From: an uncultured Verrucomicrobiae bacterium | Lineage (GTDB): Bacteria; Verrucomicrobiota; Verrucomicrobiia; Limisphaerales; Palsa-1400 | Reading direction: 5' to 3' | NCBI GenBank assembly: GCA_963764165.1 | Contig: CAVXRD010000002.1 | Span: forward strand, 1,984,001 to 2,048,000 | DNA length: 64,000 bases | Part shown: piece after piece, positions 10,489 to 20,534 of the stretch | How the letters are laid out: the number at the start of each line of letters is the position of its first letter | How positions within the stretch are numbered: the first letter of the stretch is position 1 | Position numbers and translations under genes: made by a program | Notes under the pieces: generated by a model | What the model saw: the letters and a program-made list of their open reading frames with translations, nothing else | Databases searched by the model: none | Told to the model about the DNA's origin: nothing

Positions 10489-12759
10489 ATGAACGCGGCA
10501 AACAGCACCGCCGGAAGCATGGAATTAACAGGCGAGCATCTTAAGCCTGCGCTGCTGATTTCTTTGTTGAGCGTGTGGATGCTGGTGGGTGTTTTCTATT
10601 TCCTCAACACCTACACGCGCAAGCGCTACTTTACCATCTGGACGGCTGCGTGGCTTTTCTACGCGCTATGGTTGTCACTCATTTTCTGGGCGCAAATGAT
10701 GCTGGGCCGGTCAACCAGCGTGGTTTGGCTTCAGGAATGGTGCCTTTCGGTCTCGGCGCTGTTCCTGCTATGGGGAAGCTTTCGATTCCTCGGGCAGCGG
10801 GTGAAGCAGCGGCTCATCGGTTTGAGCATTATTTTTCTGCTGGGGTGGAGCTACGTGGATGCCTTTGGGCTGGATGGCAAGATGCATGCCCAGTTGCATG
10901 GCACGGTGTTCGCTTTCATCGGGCTGGCCAGTCTGATAACCGCGGGGGCGTTCTTCCAATATCGGCGCAGGCGGGCATTCTTGGGGGCGGCCTTGCTGGC
11001 CGTCGGATTTTTCTGCTGGGGCGGATATCTCGTTGCCTACCCGATGTTCGAAACACCCCTTCTTGAAGCGACCGGCTATCTCATTTCGGCGGTGCTGCAA
11101 TTGTTGATCGCCGTCAGCATGATTATCCTGGTGTTGGAACAGGTGCGATATAATCACCAGCGCCGGCACTTCTTTGAACGTGAGAAACTCCAAACCACTG
11201 TGTGGTTCAGCGAGGAACGTTACCAGCGCCTCTTCCAGCAGGCGCAGGAGCCGATTGTCATCGCGGCGCGTTCGGATCTTCGCCTTATGGAGCTGAATAA
11301 GGCGGCTGAAAATCTGCTTGGCATTGACCTCTCGCAAGCCACGGCGCAATCGCTGGTTTCCGTTTGCCAGATCAAGACGGAGCGAGAGACTGCGCCGACC
11401 TCGGGTCCGCAATGGTTCGACCTGATTTGCTCCCAGCGCCCGCTGCGGCTCATGCATAAAAGCGGGAAGAGCATCCCGGTGGATCTCGTGGGCGCGCCGG
11501 TGGATTTCGGCGGGCAGAGAGCCTACCAATTTTTCTTCCGGGAAATCACCGACCGCTCCCGGATGGAACAGCAATTGCGCCAGGCTGAAAAATTGTCGTC
11601 CCTGGGGCAAATGATTTCGGGAGTGGCCCATGAATTGAATAATCCGCTCGCGGTCATTGGCGGGTATTTGGAACTCATTCTCGCCAGTCATCCTTTGCCG
11701 GAAAAAACAAGGCAGGACCTGGAAAAAGTCGCGCATGAAAGCAGCCGGGCCGCCCGCCTGGTCCGAAACTTTCTGGCTTTCTCCCGTTCGCGGCCTGCGC
11801 AGCGGCAGATGTCCAGCATCAACGACCTCATCAACGGCGTCGTTGAACTCCGGAAATTCGATTTGTCGCTGGCGCGCATTGAACTCGGCACCGTGCTGGA
11901 TCCGTTTTTGCCGACGACCAGTGTCGAGCCGGATCAAATCCAGCAGATTCTCATAATATTGATCAACAACGCGATGCAGGCCATGGACGGAACCCCGGAT
12001 CCTCGGCGCATTCGGTTGAGCACAGCGGTGCGGGATGGGCGGATCAGAATTCTAGTCGAGGACAACGGCCCGGGAGTGCCCTCGGATATCGAGATGCGAA
12101 TCTTCGAGCCATTTTTCACTACGAAGGACGTGGGCGTCGGGACCGGGTTGGGCCTGTCCATCGCGCACAGCATCATGACCGAGCATGGCGGAAGCATCCA
12201 TTACGAGAAGGCCGCCCTTGGCGGGGCCGGGTTCGTGCTGGATCTGCCGGTTGTCACCGCCGAAGCGCCCCAAGCTTCCACCACGCAAATTATTTCGCTC
12301 CCGAACTTGCCGGAATTGACCCCGACGTCCGTGTCCGCGAAAATCCTCATTGTGGACGACGAAAAAGCGATTGTCGAAATGCTGGGGGAAATGCTGGATT
12401 TGCTGGGCCATCAGCCGACACTCTGCAATTCCGCCGCGGAAGGGCTCAAGAAAATCCGCGCCATTAAATTTGACTTGGTTCTTTCCGATCTGCGCATGCC
12501 GGAAATTGACGGCCCTCAATTTTACCGCAGCGCCGTGGAAATTGAGGAGCGGCTGCAACGGCGATTCATTTTTTTGACAGGCGACACCGTAAATGAGGAG
12601 ACAAAGGCGTTTCTCAAATCCGCCGGCCAGCCCTACCTCGCCAAACCCTTCCGCCTGGCCAGCATCGAGGAAGTTACCCGGCGAACGCTCGTGGCCGCGC
12701 AGGAAGATGTCTCGGAACCGCAAGAACTGGTGGGCCGGTCGGCGTCGGGTTCCTCATAA
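10489..12759 (+). CDS. Membrane-bound hybrid sensor histidine kinase (multi-TM, PAS, HisKA, HATPase, REC)
   Basis: About 7 hydrophobic helices; SGVAHELNNPL H-box; NNAMQA; DNGPG; FEPFFTTK; GTGLGLS; receiver ILIVDDE...DLRMP...KPF. Confidence 0.93.
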   Translation: MNAANSTAGSMELTGEHLKPALLISLLSVWMLVGVFYFLNTYTRKRYFTIWTAAWLFYALWLSLIFWAQMMLGRSTSVVWLQEWCLSVSALFLLWGSFRFLGQRVKQRLIGLSIIFLLGWSYVDAFGLDGKMHAQLHGTVFAFIGLASLITAGAFFQYRRRRAFLGAALLAVGFFCWGGYLVAYPMFETPLLEATGYLISAVLQLLIAVSMIILVLEQVRYNHQRRHFFEREKLQTTVWFSEERYQRLFQQAQEPIVIAARSDLRLMELNKAAENLLGIDLSQATAQSLVSVCQIKTERETAPTSGPQWFDLICSQRPLRLMHKSGKSIPVDLVGAPVDFGGQRAYQFFFREITDRSRMEQQLRQAEKLSSLGQMISGVAHELNNPLAVIGGYLELILASHPLPEKTRQDLEKVAHESSRAARLVRNFLAFSRSRPAQRQMSSINDLINGVVELRKFDLSLARIELGTVLDPFLPTTSVEPDQIQQILIILINNAMQAMDGTPDPRRIRLSTAVRDGRIRILVEDNGPGVPSDIEMRIFEPFFTTKDVGVGTGLGLSIAHSIMTEHGGSIHYEKAALGGAGFVLDLPVVTAEAPQASTTQIISLPNLPELTPTSVSAKILIVDDEKAIVEMLGEMLDLLGHQPTLCNSAAEGLKKIRAIKFDLVLSDLRMPEIDGPQFYRSAVEIEERLQRRFIFLTGDTVNEETKAFLKSAGQPYLAKPFRLASIEEVTRRTLVAAQEDVSEPQELVGRSASGSS

Positions 12760-13024
12760 TTCTCATTCCGTCCTCTTCATAATCTTTGAAAGAGTTCAAC
12801 AACCGCATCGTTAGTATCCGCTTCCAATAAGAACGAAGCAGTGAAGACAGTTGTCTCACGCCCGTTTTAGGGAGTTTTTTCAACTTTTGCCGTGACAGAA
12901 CGGGCGGGGTCGACTACTGTTTGCCCGTTACCAAAAAGCAACTCGGCGGCATAACCGTCTCTATGAAAGAAAAGTCGACCCATTCCGTCGGCAGCTCTCG
13001 CCGAGCTGGCGCTTCTGCTATTTT

Positions 13025-15805
13025 ATGAAAACACCATTCCGCAACTCGAAACGTCTTTTCGTTCTTCTATCCATCGCCTCGGTTTCCTTCGGGCCATCCG
13101 CGGCGCTCCATGCCCAAACGCTCACTCATCGTTACAGCTTCCAGGATCCGGCCGGCAGCCAGACGTTCGCTGACTCGGTGGGCGGAACGAACTGGGACGG
13201 AGTCCTGGTTAATGAATTTTCCGACGCCTATTTGACCGGATCAAGCTTGGTGCTGGATGGCAGCGGAGATTACGCTGAATTGCCCGCCGGGCTGATGACC
13301 AATTACACACAGATCACGGTGGAATTTTGGGCGGATTTAAGTTCCGGCAATCCCACCTGGACGCGTGTTTTCTCGTTCGGCGACCAAAATTCGAGCGGCG
13401 GAAAGAATTCGGGTGTCGATTACTGCCACTACGCAGGCGGCAATTACCAAAACCTCGACGTATTGAGCACAAACGGGGCGGACGCTTACGCTAATAATAA
13501 TTCCGGCCTCAACGGCGCGACCGGCGTTCACGTCACCGTTGTAGTCGATCCAGTCCACAGCAACATGCTCTACTACAACGGCATCTCCGTTGTATCCACG
13601 CAGCACGGCAATCCGGCTCCGCTGTCCCAGATGAACGACACATACAATTTGATCGGCAAATCTCTCTACAACGCCGATCCGACCCTCGCCGCGACGCTTT
13701 ACGAATTCCGCGTTTACAGCGGAGCGCTTTCGGAATCGGCGGTGGTTTTGAACGATGCGGCCGGTCCTGGCGTTTATTTGACGAGCCCTGGCGCCATTCA
13801 ATCGTTGATTTTCAGCAACAACGTTAATCCGCTGATTGTCCACCAAAGCTCGCAGGAAACTGTCATCGGCAATTTTCCCAGCGTTACCAATCTTAACCTT
13901 GCGCTCTATGGCGGCGTCACCTATAGCTCCGCGAATACGAATATCGTGACGATCAGCACGAATGGCGTCGTCAAGGGCATCGGTCAGGGCACCACGAGCA
14001 TTATTGCGACTTACGGAAGCCTCTCCGTCACCAACAGCATTACGGTCGTGTCCGTTCCGACGGCGCTGGTGCATCGCTATAGCTTTGCGAGTGACGCGAG
14101 CGACTCCGTCGGCGGCGCCAACGGCACGCTGATGGGCGATGCTTCAGTCTCGGGCCAGCTCGTCCTGGACGGCGGCGGGTATGTGAGCCTGCCGGGAAAC
14201 ATCATCAACATCCCAACCAACGCGGCCGTGACATTCGAAGCATGGGTTTCAATTGGGCAAACGGCGGAATGGTCGCACATGTTTGAGTTCGGCGCGACGG
14301 CGGCCAACAACGTTTACTGCGCGCCAGCGGCCGACGCGGGCGGCTTCCACGAATTTGGATTGAGCGAAGGTTTCTCCGGCGGCAACACGCTGAGCTGGGC
14401 GCACGGCTGGGCGAACACCACCTTTCATTACACCGGCATTATCGATCCAACCACCTCGACGCTGGCCGTTTATTCCAACGGCGTCATAATGCAGGCCATC
14501 TACAATGCTTCAGCGCCTCTCACGGATATTTCCACCAACAACGCCACCATCGGCATGTCCAGCTACGGGGATCCCGATGCGACGTTCACGATGAAGGAAT
14601 TCCGCATTTACAACGGCGCGCTGACGCCGGCGCAAATCGCGATGAGCGATGTGAACGGGCCGGCCGCAACGAACTTCAACCCGGGCACGCTGAATTCCAT
14701 CACCGTGATTCCGACCAACTACCCCGCGTTCACTCCGCTGGTGGCGCCGGTGGTCAAGGCTAATTATTCAATCCTTGGGAACTTCAACCTGCTGCCGAAC
14801 ACGTTCGCCGCGGAAGAAGGGCTGGTGGTGACTTCGAGCGATCCAACCATCGTGAGCGTCAATTCGCAGAACATGCTGACGACGCTCCGGCCCGGCACGG
14901 TTACCTTGACCGCTACGTATCTTGGCAAGAGCAGCAGCGCGACGGTGAGCGTGGCGAATCAAGCCGTGCTGGCGCATCGCTACAGCTTCACGAATGATGC
15001 CAGCGATTCTGTCGGCGGCGCCGATGGCACGCTGGTCGGCACGGCGAGTGTCTCCGGCGGCCAGGTGCAATTGGACGGCGGCAGCGGGGATTACGTGAAT
15101 CTGCCCGGCGGTTTGCTGAGTTCTTACGACTCCGCCACGATGGATATCTGGGCCACCATCAGCAGCAGCCAGCAGCATTGGTCGCGCCTGTGGGAATTTG
15201 CCGACATCGGCCCGGCCACGGCGAACGAACTGTATTTCGCCCCCGCCTGGAACGGCGGCGCCAACGCGGCCTTCTTTAGCTACGGAGTGCCGTTCGGCGG
15301 CGCAAATCTCGGGCCGCAGAGTCCGGCGCTGGTCAATCAAACTGTGCATTTGACATGCGTGCTGGGCGACGGCGCGATTGATCTCTACACAAATGGATCG
15401 CTGTATATGTCCACCACCAATTACATCGCCCCAGCCAGCCAGGCGGGCATTGTGGGAAGCTGGATCGGCTTTTCGCCCTACGGCGATCCTGGAATCACCG
15501 GCTCTGTCGATGAATACCGCATTTACCAAGGCCGCCTTTCACCGGAAGAAATTGCAGCCTCCGATGTGCTGGGGCCGAATGCGACGCTCTCCACCACGCC
15601 GGGCGCACTGACGGTTTCGGCGGCTTCTGGAAGCATCACGCTGTCCTGGCCGGTCGCCAGCGCTGGCTTCGCGGTGCAATCCACCACGGATTTGAGCACG
15701 CATAAATGGACCACTTTGACCAACGCGCCAACATTGTCCGGCTCGCAGTGGCAGGTGACATTGCCGAAATCCGGCGCGGATCAATTTTTCCGGCTGATCC
15801 GGTAG
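13025..15805 (+). CDS. Secreted protein with three LamG/concanavalin-like domains, two Big_2-like Ig domains and a short C-terminal domain
   Basis: Signal peptide; three repeats starting HRYSF..D...DSVGG and ending EFRIY.GAL; Ig-like YSSANTNIVTIS and TSSDPTIVSV; C-terminus LSWP...STTDL...W...FFRLIR. Confidence 0.8.
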   Translation: MKTPFRNSKRLFVLLSIASVSFGPSAALHAQTLTHRYSFQDPAGSQTFADSVGGTNWDGVLVNEFSDAYLTGSSLVLDGSGDYAELPAGLMTNYTQITVEFWADLSSGNPTWTRVFSFGDQNSSGGKNSGVDYCHYAGGNYQNLDVLSTNGADAYANNNSGLNGATGVHVTVVVDPVHSNMLYYNGISVVSTQHGNPAPLSQMNDTYNLIGKSLYNADPTLAATLYEFRVYSGALSESAVVLNDAAGPGVYLTSPGAIQSLIFSNNVNPLIVHQSSQETVIGNFPSVTNLNLALYGGVTYSSANTNIVTISTNGVVKGIGQGTTSIIATYGSLSVTNSITVVSVPTALVHRYSFASDASDSVGGANGTLMGDASVSGQLVLDGGGYVSLPGNIINIPTNAAVTFEAWVSIGQTAEWSHMFEFGATAANNVYCAPAADAGGFHEFGLSEGFSGGNTLSWAHGWANTTFHYTGIIDPTTSTLAVYSNGVIMQAIYNASAPLTDISTNNATIGMSSYGDPDATFTMKEFRIYNGALTPAQIAMSDVNGPAATNFNPGTLNSITVIPTNYPAFTPLVAPVVKANYSILGNFNLLPNTFAAEEGLVVTSSDPTIVSVNSQNMLTTLRPGTVTLTATYLGKSSSATVSVANQAVLAHRYSFTNDASDSVGGADGTLVGTASVSGGQVQLDGGSGDYVNLPGGLLSSYDSATMDIWATISSSQQHWSRLWEFADIGPATANELYFAPAWNGGANAAFFSYGVPFGGANLGPQSPALVNQTVHLTCVLGDGAIDLYTNGSLYMSTTNYIAPASQAGIVGSWIGFSPYGDPGITGSVDEYRIYQGRLSPEEIAASDVLGPNATLSTTPGALTVSAASGSITLSWPVASAGFAVQSTTDLSTHKWTTLTNAPTLSGSQWQVTLPKSGADQFFRLIR

Positions 15806-15814
15806 TGATTCACA

Positions 15815-15858
15815 CGCCGCCACCGCCAATTTCCGCTGGCGGTGGCGGCGGCGTTTTT
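15815..15858 (+). terminator. Intrinsic terminator-like hairpin
   Basis: 14-bp stem cgccgccaccgcca/tggcggtggcggcg followed by gcgttttt, just after the stop codon at 15805. Confidence 0.55.
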
Positions 15859-16792
15859 GATAGGCAGCGGGAGACAAAGCAGAATTGTATTTGTGATCGT
15901 ATTAGGAGGAATTGGAGGCAGGGACGCCTCGCCGAGGCGTCCGGTTGCGCGGGAAAGTTTTTGTGGGCCGCACCGTTCAAGGACACCTCACCCCGGACGC
16001 CTCGGCGAGGCGTCCCTGCCTTCACGAGGCAGTTCGTTGGCAGCCTCGCCCCACCGCGATTTCGTTAAAAATTCGCGAAGTGTCCAATCCGCCTTCACCC
16101 TGATTGAATTGCTGGTGGTCATTGCCATTATAGCCATATTGGCGGCGATGCTGCTGCCAGTTCTGGCCAAGGCGAAGGAGGATGGCAAACGCACCCAATG
16201 CAAAAACAACATGCATCAGTTGGGCATCGCGACGCTTATGTACGCGCAGGACAATCGCGATATGCTGCCGGATTTGCAGTACGAAGGCGCGTGGTTTTGG
16301 GATATGAATCGAACCGCCGCCTCAAACCTGCTGGTGAACATTAGCAAGAGCACGACGGTGTTCTACTGTCCGAATGAGTATTATTTGTATAACAACGGTT
16401 CGCCGGATGCGTGGGACGCCTTTCCCGAATATGTTGTGACCGGCTATGGCTGGTTGTTTCCGCATAGCCCAATCATGACGAACAACGAGAATCCGCAAAT
16501 CAGTGGCACAAACATGGTGACCAAAATCACCGAGGGCCGCCCCGGCCGCGGCGTCTCGGCCACGGAAATGATCATCGACGCCACCATATTCGAGGCGAGC
16601 CTTTCTGGGGGATTGATTTATTACGATATCGGCGCGGCGGGCAGCACAAAGGTGCGGTCGGCCCATCTGAATGTGAACAACAGCCCGGCGGGTGGAAATA
16701 TCTGTTTTCTCGACAACCACGTGGAGTGGCGCCCCTTCAAGGCGATGACAAATAACCTGACGACAGATTCGGGAATATATTTTAAGTTCTGA
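15842..16792 (+). CDS. Prepilin-type N-terminal cleavage/methylation protein, DUF1559-like with H-X9-DG-type C-terminal motif
   Basis: A^[36 protein letters not shown]...[13 protein letters not shown]. No in-frame ATG upstream; start uncertain (GTG 15893 or TTG 16037). Confidence 0.85.
   Translation: MAAAFLIGSGRQSRIVFVIVLGGIGGRDASPRRPVARESFCGPHRSRTPHPGRLGEASLPSRGSSLAASPHRDFVKNSRSVQSAFTLIELLVVIAIIAILAAMLLPVLAKAKEDGKRTQCKNNMHQLGIATLMYAQDNRDMLPDLQYEGAWFWDMNRTAASNLLVNISKSTTVFYCPNEYYLYNNGSPDAWDAFPEYVVTGYGWLFPHSPIMTNNENPQISGTNMVTKITEGRPGRGVSATEMIIDATIFEASLSGGLIYYDIGAAGSTKVRSAHLNVNNSPAGGNICFLDNHVEWRPFKAMTNNLTTDSGIYFKF
15916..16021. repeat. 106-bp REP-doublet/MITE-like element, copy 1
   Basis: Perfect 29-bp inverted arms aggcagggacgcctcgccgaggcgtccgg, each itself a hairpin, with a 48-bp spacer. 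Confidence 0.85.
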
Positions 16793-16793
16793 G

Positions 16794-19700
16794 ATGCGTT
16801 CTGAATGTCTGCTGAGAGGTGGGGATGTCTCACCGAGGCGTCCGGGCCGACGTGCAAAAAGGATTGATGTGCCGGAATTGAGAGAACCTCACTCCGGACG
16901 CCTCGGCGAGGCGTCCCTGCCTCGCCTCGCGACCACGAGAGGAAAATTTTCGGTAATTTGGGCCCTGCTGTTGGTGTCGGTGATTTTCGCCGAGCTTCCT
17001 GTCCGCGCGCAATCCTCCGGCCCTCCGCTTCGCGGTTATCTCACGGCGCACGATCCATCCACAGTCATTCAATGCAAGAATCGCTACTATATGTTTTACA
17101 CGGGCCAGGGGATTCTCTCCAAGTCCTCGAGCGACCGTGTGTTCTGGGCGCCTGGGCCGGCTGTTTTTTCCAATCCCCCGGCGTGGACGTCGAACGCGGT
17201 GCCGGGATTCACGGGTTTGTTCTGGGCGCCGGACGTTTTGTATTTCAATAATCTGTATCACCTCTGGTACGCGGTTTCGACCTTTGGCAGTCAGGTTTCC
17301 GCAATTGGCCTTGTGACCAGTCCGACGCTTGACCCAACAGATCCCACTTGCAAATGGACCGATCAAGGGCCGGTGATCACTTCGACGAACGGCTCGCCTT
17401 ACAACACCATCGACCCGAGCTTCACTTGGGATGGCGCGGGGAATTTGTGGATGGCGTTTGGCTCGTATTGGAACGGCATTTACATGGTGCAATTGAATGC
17501 CACCAACGGGCTGCGCATTTCGGCCAATTCTCCAACTTACCACCTGGCCTACAACAGTTCGATTGAAGCTTCCTATGTTTACAAACGCGGCGGCTATTAT
17601 TATCTCTTTGCCGATTGGGGTTCGTGCTGTTCGGGGGTGAACAGCACTTACAATATTCGCATGGGCCGCAGCACGAGCGTGACCGGCCCTTACCTCGATC
17701 AAAATGGGGTCGATATGGTGAACAACGGCGGGACGCTTTTTCAGGGGCCGACCGGCAAATTCGTTGGCCCCGGCCATGTCGGCATCTTGAATCTGAACGG
17801 CACCCAATGGTGGAGCTACCATTATTACGACGCCAACGCGTGGGCTCCGCAATACGGCGCCTACGGCGCTCCGGACTTGGCCTTGGTGCCGTTGTCGTGG
17901 ACGACCGACAACTGGCCCACCTTCACCAACACTTGGTCGGCCCTTTACCGATTCCAAGCTGACGCGCGCGATGACAACGGCCAGTTTTACGGCTTGCTGG
18001 AAAACGGGGCGGAGGTCCTGACAAATTCCATTTATGGCCACGTGCTCAATCTTAACGGAAATGACCAATTCGCGTGGCTTCCGCCCGGCGCGGGTTATGG
18101 GCAGACATTTGCCGCAGTCGTCAATTGGCGCGGCGGGGCGGATTGGCAGAGAATTTTCGACTTCGGCGTCAACACTGCGGCCACAGTTATGTTGACAGCA
18201 GCGTCGAGCGACAACGCGCTTCGCTGCGACATCAATCCCGGCGGCAATCTGCAAACCGTGCAATGGACCAAGCCGCTGCCGACCAATGCGTGGACGCATG
18301 TCGCGGTGACGTTCAATGGTTCGCAGGGCGTTCTTTACGTCAACGGCCTGCCTGTGGCGACCAACACCTCCATGACGCTTGAGCCGTTCAATGTCGCCCC
18401 GCAAACCAACGCGCTCGGCCAGAGCAAATTCTCCGCCGACCCGTATTTCAACGGGCAGTACGCCGCGTTCCGCGCTTATTCGCACGCTCTGAGCCCGCAG
18501 GAAATCGTCGCGCCCGTCCCCGAGATTTCTCAGCCGGCCGACGGATCCGCGTATACGCCCGGGGCCACGATTTCATTCGCCGGAACTGCCACCGATTTTG
18601 CCGCCGTGCCGCTCGCCGCCGCGAATTTGACGTGGCAAATCAATTATATTCAGGATCACGTTACAAATGCGGTCTATGGGCCCGTTTCAGGAATTTCAAA
18701 CGGCGCGTATATAATCCCGACGAATTCCACAGGCGGCGGAAATTACGTCGTCGTTCTCACCGCGGCGGATAAGTCGAATCGCGTGGCCACCGCGACCGCG
18801 ACGCTGTCACCCGCCAATCCGCCCGCAGGCTGGTCATCTTATTTTCCGCTGCAAAGCGACGCGAACGACGCCAATGGCCATTACAACGGAACTCTGCACG
18901 GCGGCGCCTCGTTCGTGAACGACGCGGTGCGCGGAAATGTATTGAGCCTCAACGGCAACAGCCAGTACGTCAGCTTTCCTCCCGGCCTCGGCGGGATGCT
19001 GACGTTCATGGCGTGGGTGAAATGGAACGGCGGCGCGGAATGGCAGCGCATTTATGACTTCGGCAACGACACGAATTTTTACAGCGTGCTGACGCCGGCG
19101 GCCTCGAGCGGCGATCTCCGTTTCAACATCAGCGTGGACAGCACTGGCGGCGAACAAATCATTGACGCGCCGGGGCCGTTGCCTATTGGAGTATGGACGC
19201 ATGTGGCGGTGGTGATGGATGGGGATTCGGTCACGCTTTATACGAACGGAATCCCGGTTGGGACGAATCTCCACGCGAATCTTTCCCCCGTCAGCCTCAA
19301 TGCGACCAACATTTATTTTGGAAAAAGCCAGTGGCCGGCTGATCCCTATTTCAATGGCGAATTGAGCGACGTGCGCATTTTCTCGTATCCACTCGCCTCG
19401 AACCAAATCGCCGCTCCACAAATTACGATTCAGCAGCCCGCCCAAGGCTCCATGTGCAGCCCGGGCAACACCATTGCCTTCAGCGCCAGCGCGAATGATT
19501 TTTCCAACACGCCTATCGCCGCCGCGAATTTCATTTGGACTGTAAACTATATTAACGGGAGCACGACGAACGTTGTGGGCGGCCCGTGGAGTGGCGTCGC
19601 CAGCGGAACGTTCCTTGTCCCGGCCACGGGGCCGGCGGCTCGCGGGCATTATCAATTTTCGGTGGCGGTCACGGATTCAGCAGGACGGAGCGGGACGAAT

Positions 19701-20534
19701 AGTTCTTCAATTTACCTCGCTGCGACCGCCATGCCCACGAATTGGGCTTCGTATTATCCGTTCAATTCCGGCGCGCAAGATGCCGCCAGTCTCTACAACG
19801 GGACGCTACAGGGCGGCGCTTCGATTGCCACCGATCCCACACGCGGGCCTGTGCTGAGTCTCTCGGGCAGCAGCCAGTATGTGAGTCTTCCTGCCGGGGC
19901 GGGCGATGCCCAGACGGTTGCCGGATGGGTGAAATGGGAGGGCGGCAGCTCGTGGCAGCGCATTTTTGATTTTGGACAGGGCGATCAGGATTATTTCTTT
20001 TTGACAACGTCCGACGGGTCAAACCGGCCTCAATTTTCGATCACGACGGACATCGGTGTTTACAATCAGGAAGTCGAAGGGCCGGCTGCCTTTCCGTTAA
20101 ACCAGTGGACTTATGTCGCGGTGGTCATGGACACGCGCGAGGCCATCCTTTATCTCAATGGCAGCGCCGTCGCTGTTAATAATAGCATCAACCTTCTCCC
20201 TTCTGATGTCGCACCGACTCAATGTTTTCTTGGGCGCAGCGAATATGCGGGCGACCCCTATTTTTACGGGATGATGGATTCTTTTTTGTTGAATTCGCAG
20301 CCGCTTCCCATCAGCCAATTTCTCCAGCCGCCGCCGATCTCAATCTCGGCGGCGGGTTCGGTTTTGAATCTTTCATGGCCGCAATGGGCCGGGGCGCTGA
20401 GTCTTTATGCGGCAACAAATCTGGCGGCGGGCGGCTGGATTCCGGTGGCGAATAATCCCGTCGCCACGAATCAGCAATTCAGCGTATCCTTGCCCATGAC
20501 AAATTTCGCGCAATTCTTCCGATTGCAGCCCTGA
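16794..20534 (+). CDS. GH43 endo-1,5-alpha-L-arabinanase-like enzyme fused to three LamG domains, Ig-like modules and a short C-terminal domain
   Basis: AHDPS, FWAPD, NTIDPS, FGSYWNGI, IEAS, GSCCSG, GPGH GH43 motifs; three WQRI(F/Y)DFG LamG repeats; ends QFFRLQP. Confidence 0.88.
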   Translation: MRSECLLRGGDVSPRRPGRRAKRIDVPELREPHSGRLGEASLPRLATTRGKFSVIWALLLVSVIFAELPVRAQSSGPPLRGYLTAHDPSTVIQCKNRYYMFYTGQGILSKSSSDRVFWAPGPAVFSNPPAWTSNAVPGFTGLFWAPDVLYFNNLYHLWYAVSTFGSQVSAIGLVTSPTLDPTDPTCKWTDQGPVITSTNGSPYNTIDPSFTWDGAGNLWMAFGSYWNGIYMVQLNATNGLRISANSPTYHLAYNSSIEASYVYKRGGYYYLFADWGSCCSGVNSTYNIRMGRSTSVTGPYLDQNGVDMVNNGGTLFQGPTGKFVGPGHVGILNLNGTQWWSYHYYDANAWAPQYGAYGAPDLALVPLSWTTDNWPTFTNTWSALYRFQADARDDNGQFYGLLENGAEVLTNSIYGHVLNLNGNDQFAWLPPGAGYGQTFAAVVNWRGGADWQRIFDFGVNTAATVMLTAASSDNALRCDINPGGNLQTVQWTKPLPTNAWTHVAVTFNGSQGVLYVNGLPVATNTSMTLEPFNVAPQTNALGQSKFSADPYFNGQYAAFRAYSHALSPQEIVAPVPEISQPADGSAYTPGATISFAGTATDFAAVPLAAANLTWQINYIQDHVTNAVYGPVSGISNGAYIIPTNSTGGGNYVVVLTAADKSNRVATATATLSPANPPAGWSSYFPLQSDANDANGHYNGTLHGGASFVNDAVRGNVLSLNGNSQYVSFPPGLGGMLTFMAWVKWNGGAEWQRIYDFGNDTNFYSVLTPAASSGDLRFNISVDSTGGEQIIDAPGPLPIGVWTHVAVVMDGDSVTLYTNGIPVGTNLHANLSPVSLNATNIYFGKSQWPADPYFNGELSDVRIFSYPLASNQIAAPQITIQQPAQGSMCSPGNTIAFSASANDFSNTPIAAANFIWTVNYINGSTTNVVGGPWSGVASGTFLVPATGPAARGHYQFSVAVTDSAGRSGTNSSSIYLAATAMPTNWASYYPFNSGAQDAASLYNGTLQGGASIATDPTRGPVLSLSGSSQYVSLPAGAGDAQTVAGWVKWEGGSSWQRIFDFGQGDQDYFFLTTSDGSNRPQFSITTDIGVYNQEVEGPAAFPLNQWTYVAVVMDTREAILYLNGSAVAVNNSINLLPSDVAPTQCFLGRSEYAGDPYFYGMMDSFLLNSQPLPISQFLQPPPISISAAGSVLNLSWPQWAGALSLYAATNLAAGGWIPVANNPVATNQQFSVSLPMTNFAQFFRLQP
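16817..16922. repeat. 106-bp REP-doublet/MITE-like element, copy 2 (inside the 5' end of the GH43 gene)
   Basis: Right arm identical to copy 1, left arm 24/29 identical, same 48-bp spacer length. Confidence 0.85.

Noticed and set aside
15916..16922. CRISPR interpretation of the 29-bp repeats
   Set aside because: Repeats are inverted pairs about 900 bp apart, not a direct-repeat array, and there are no cas genes.
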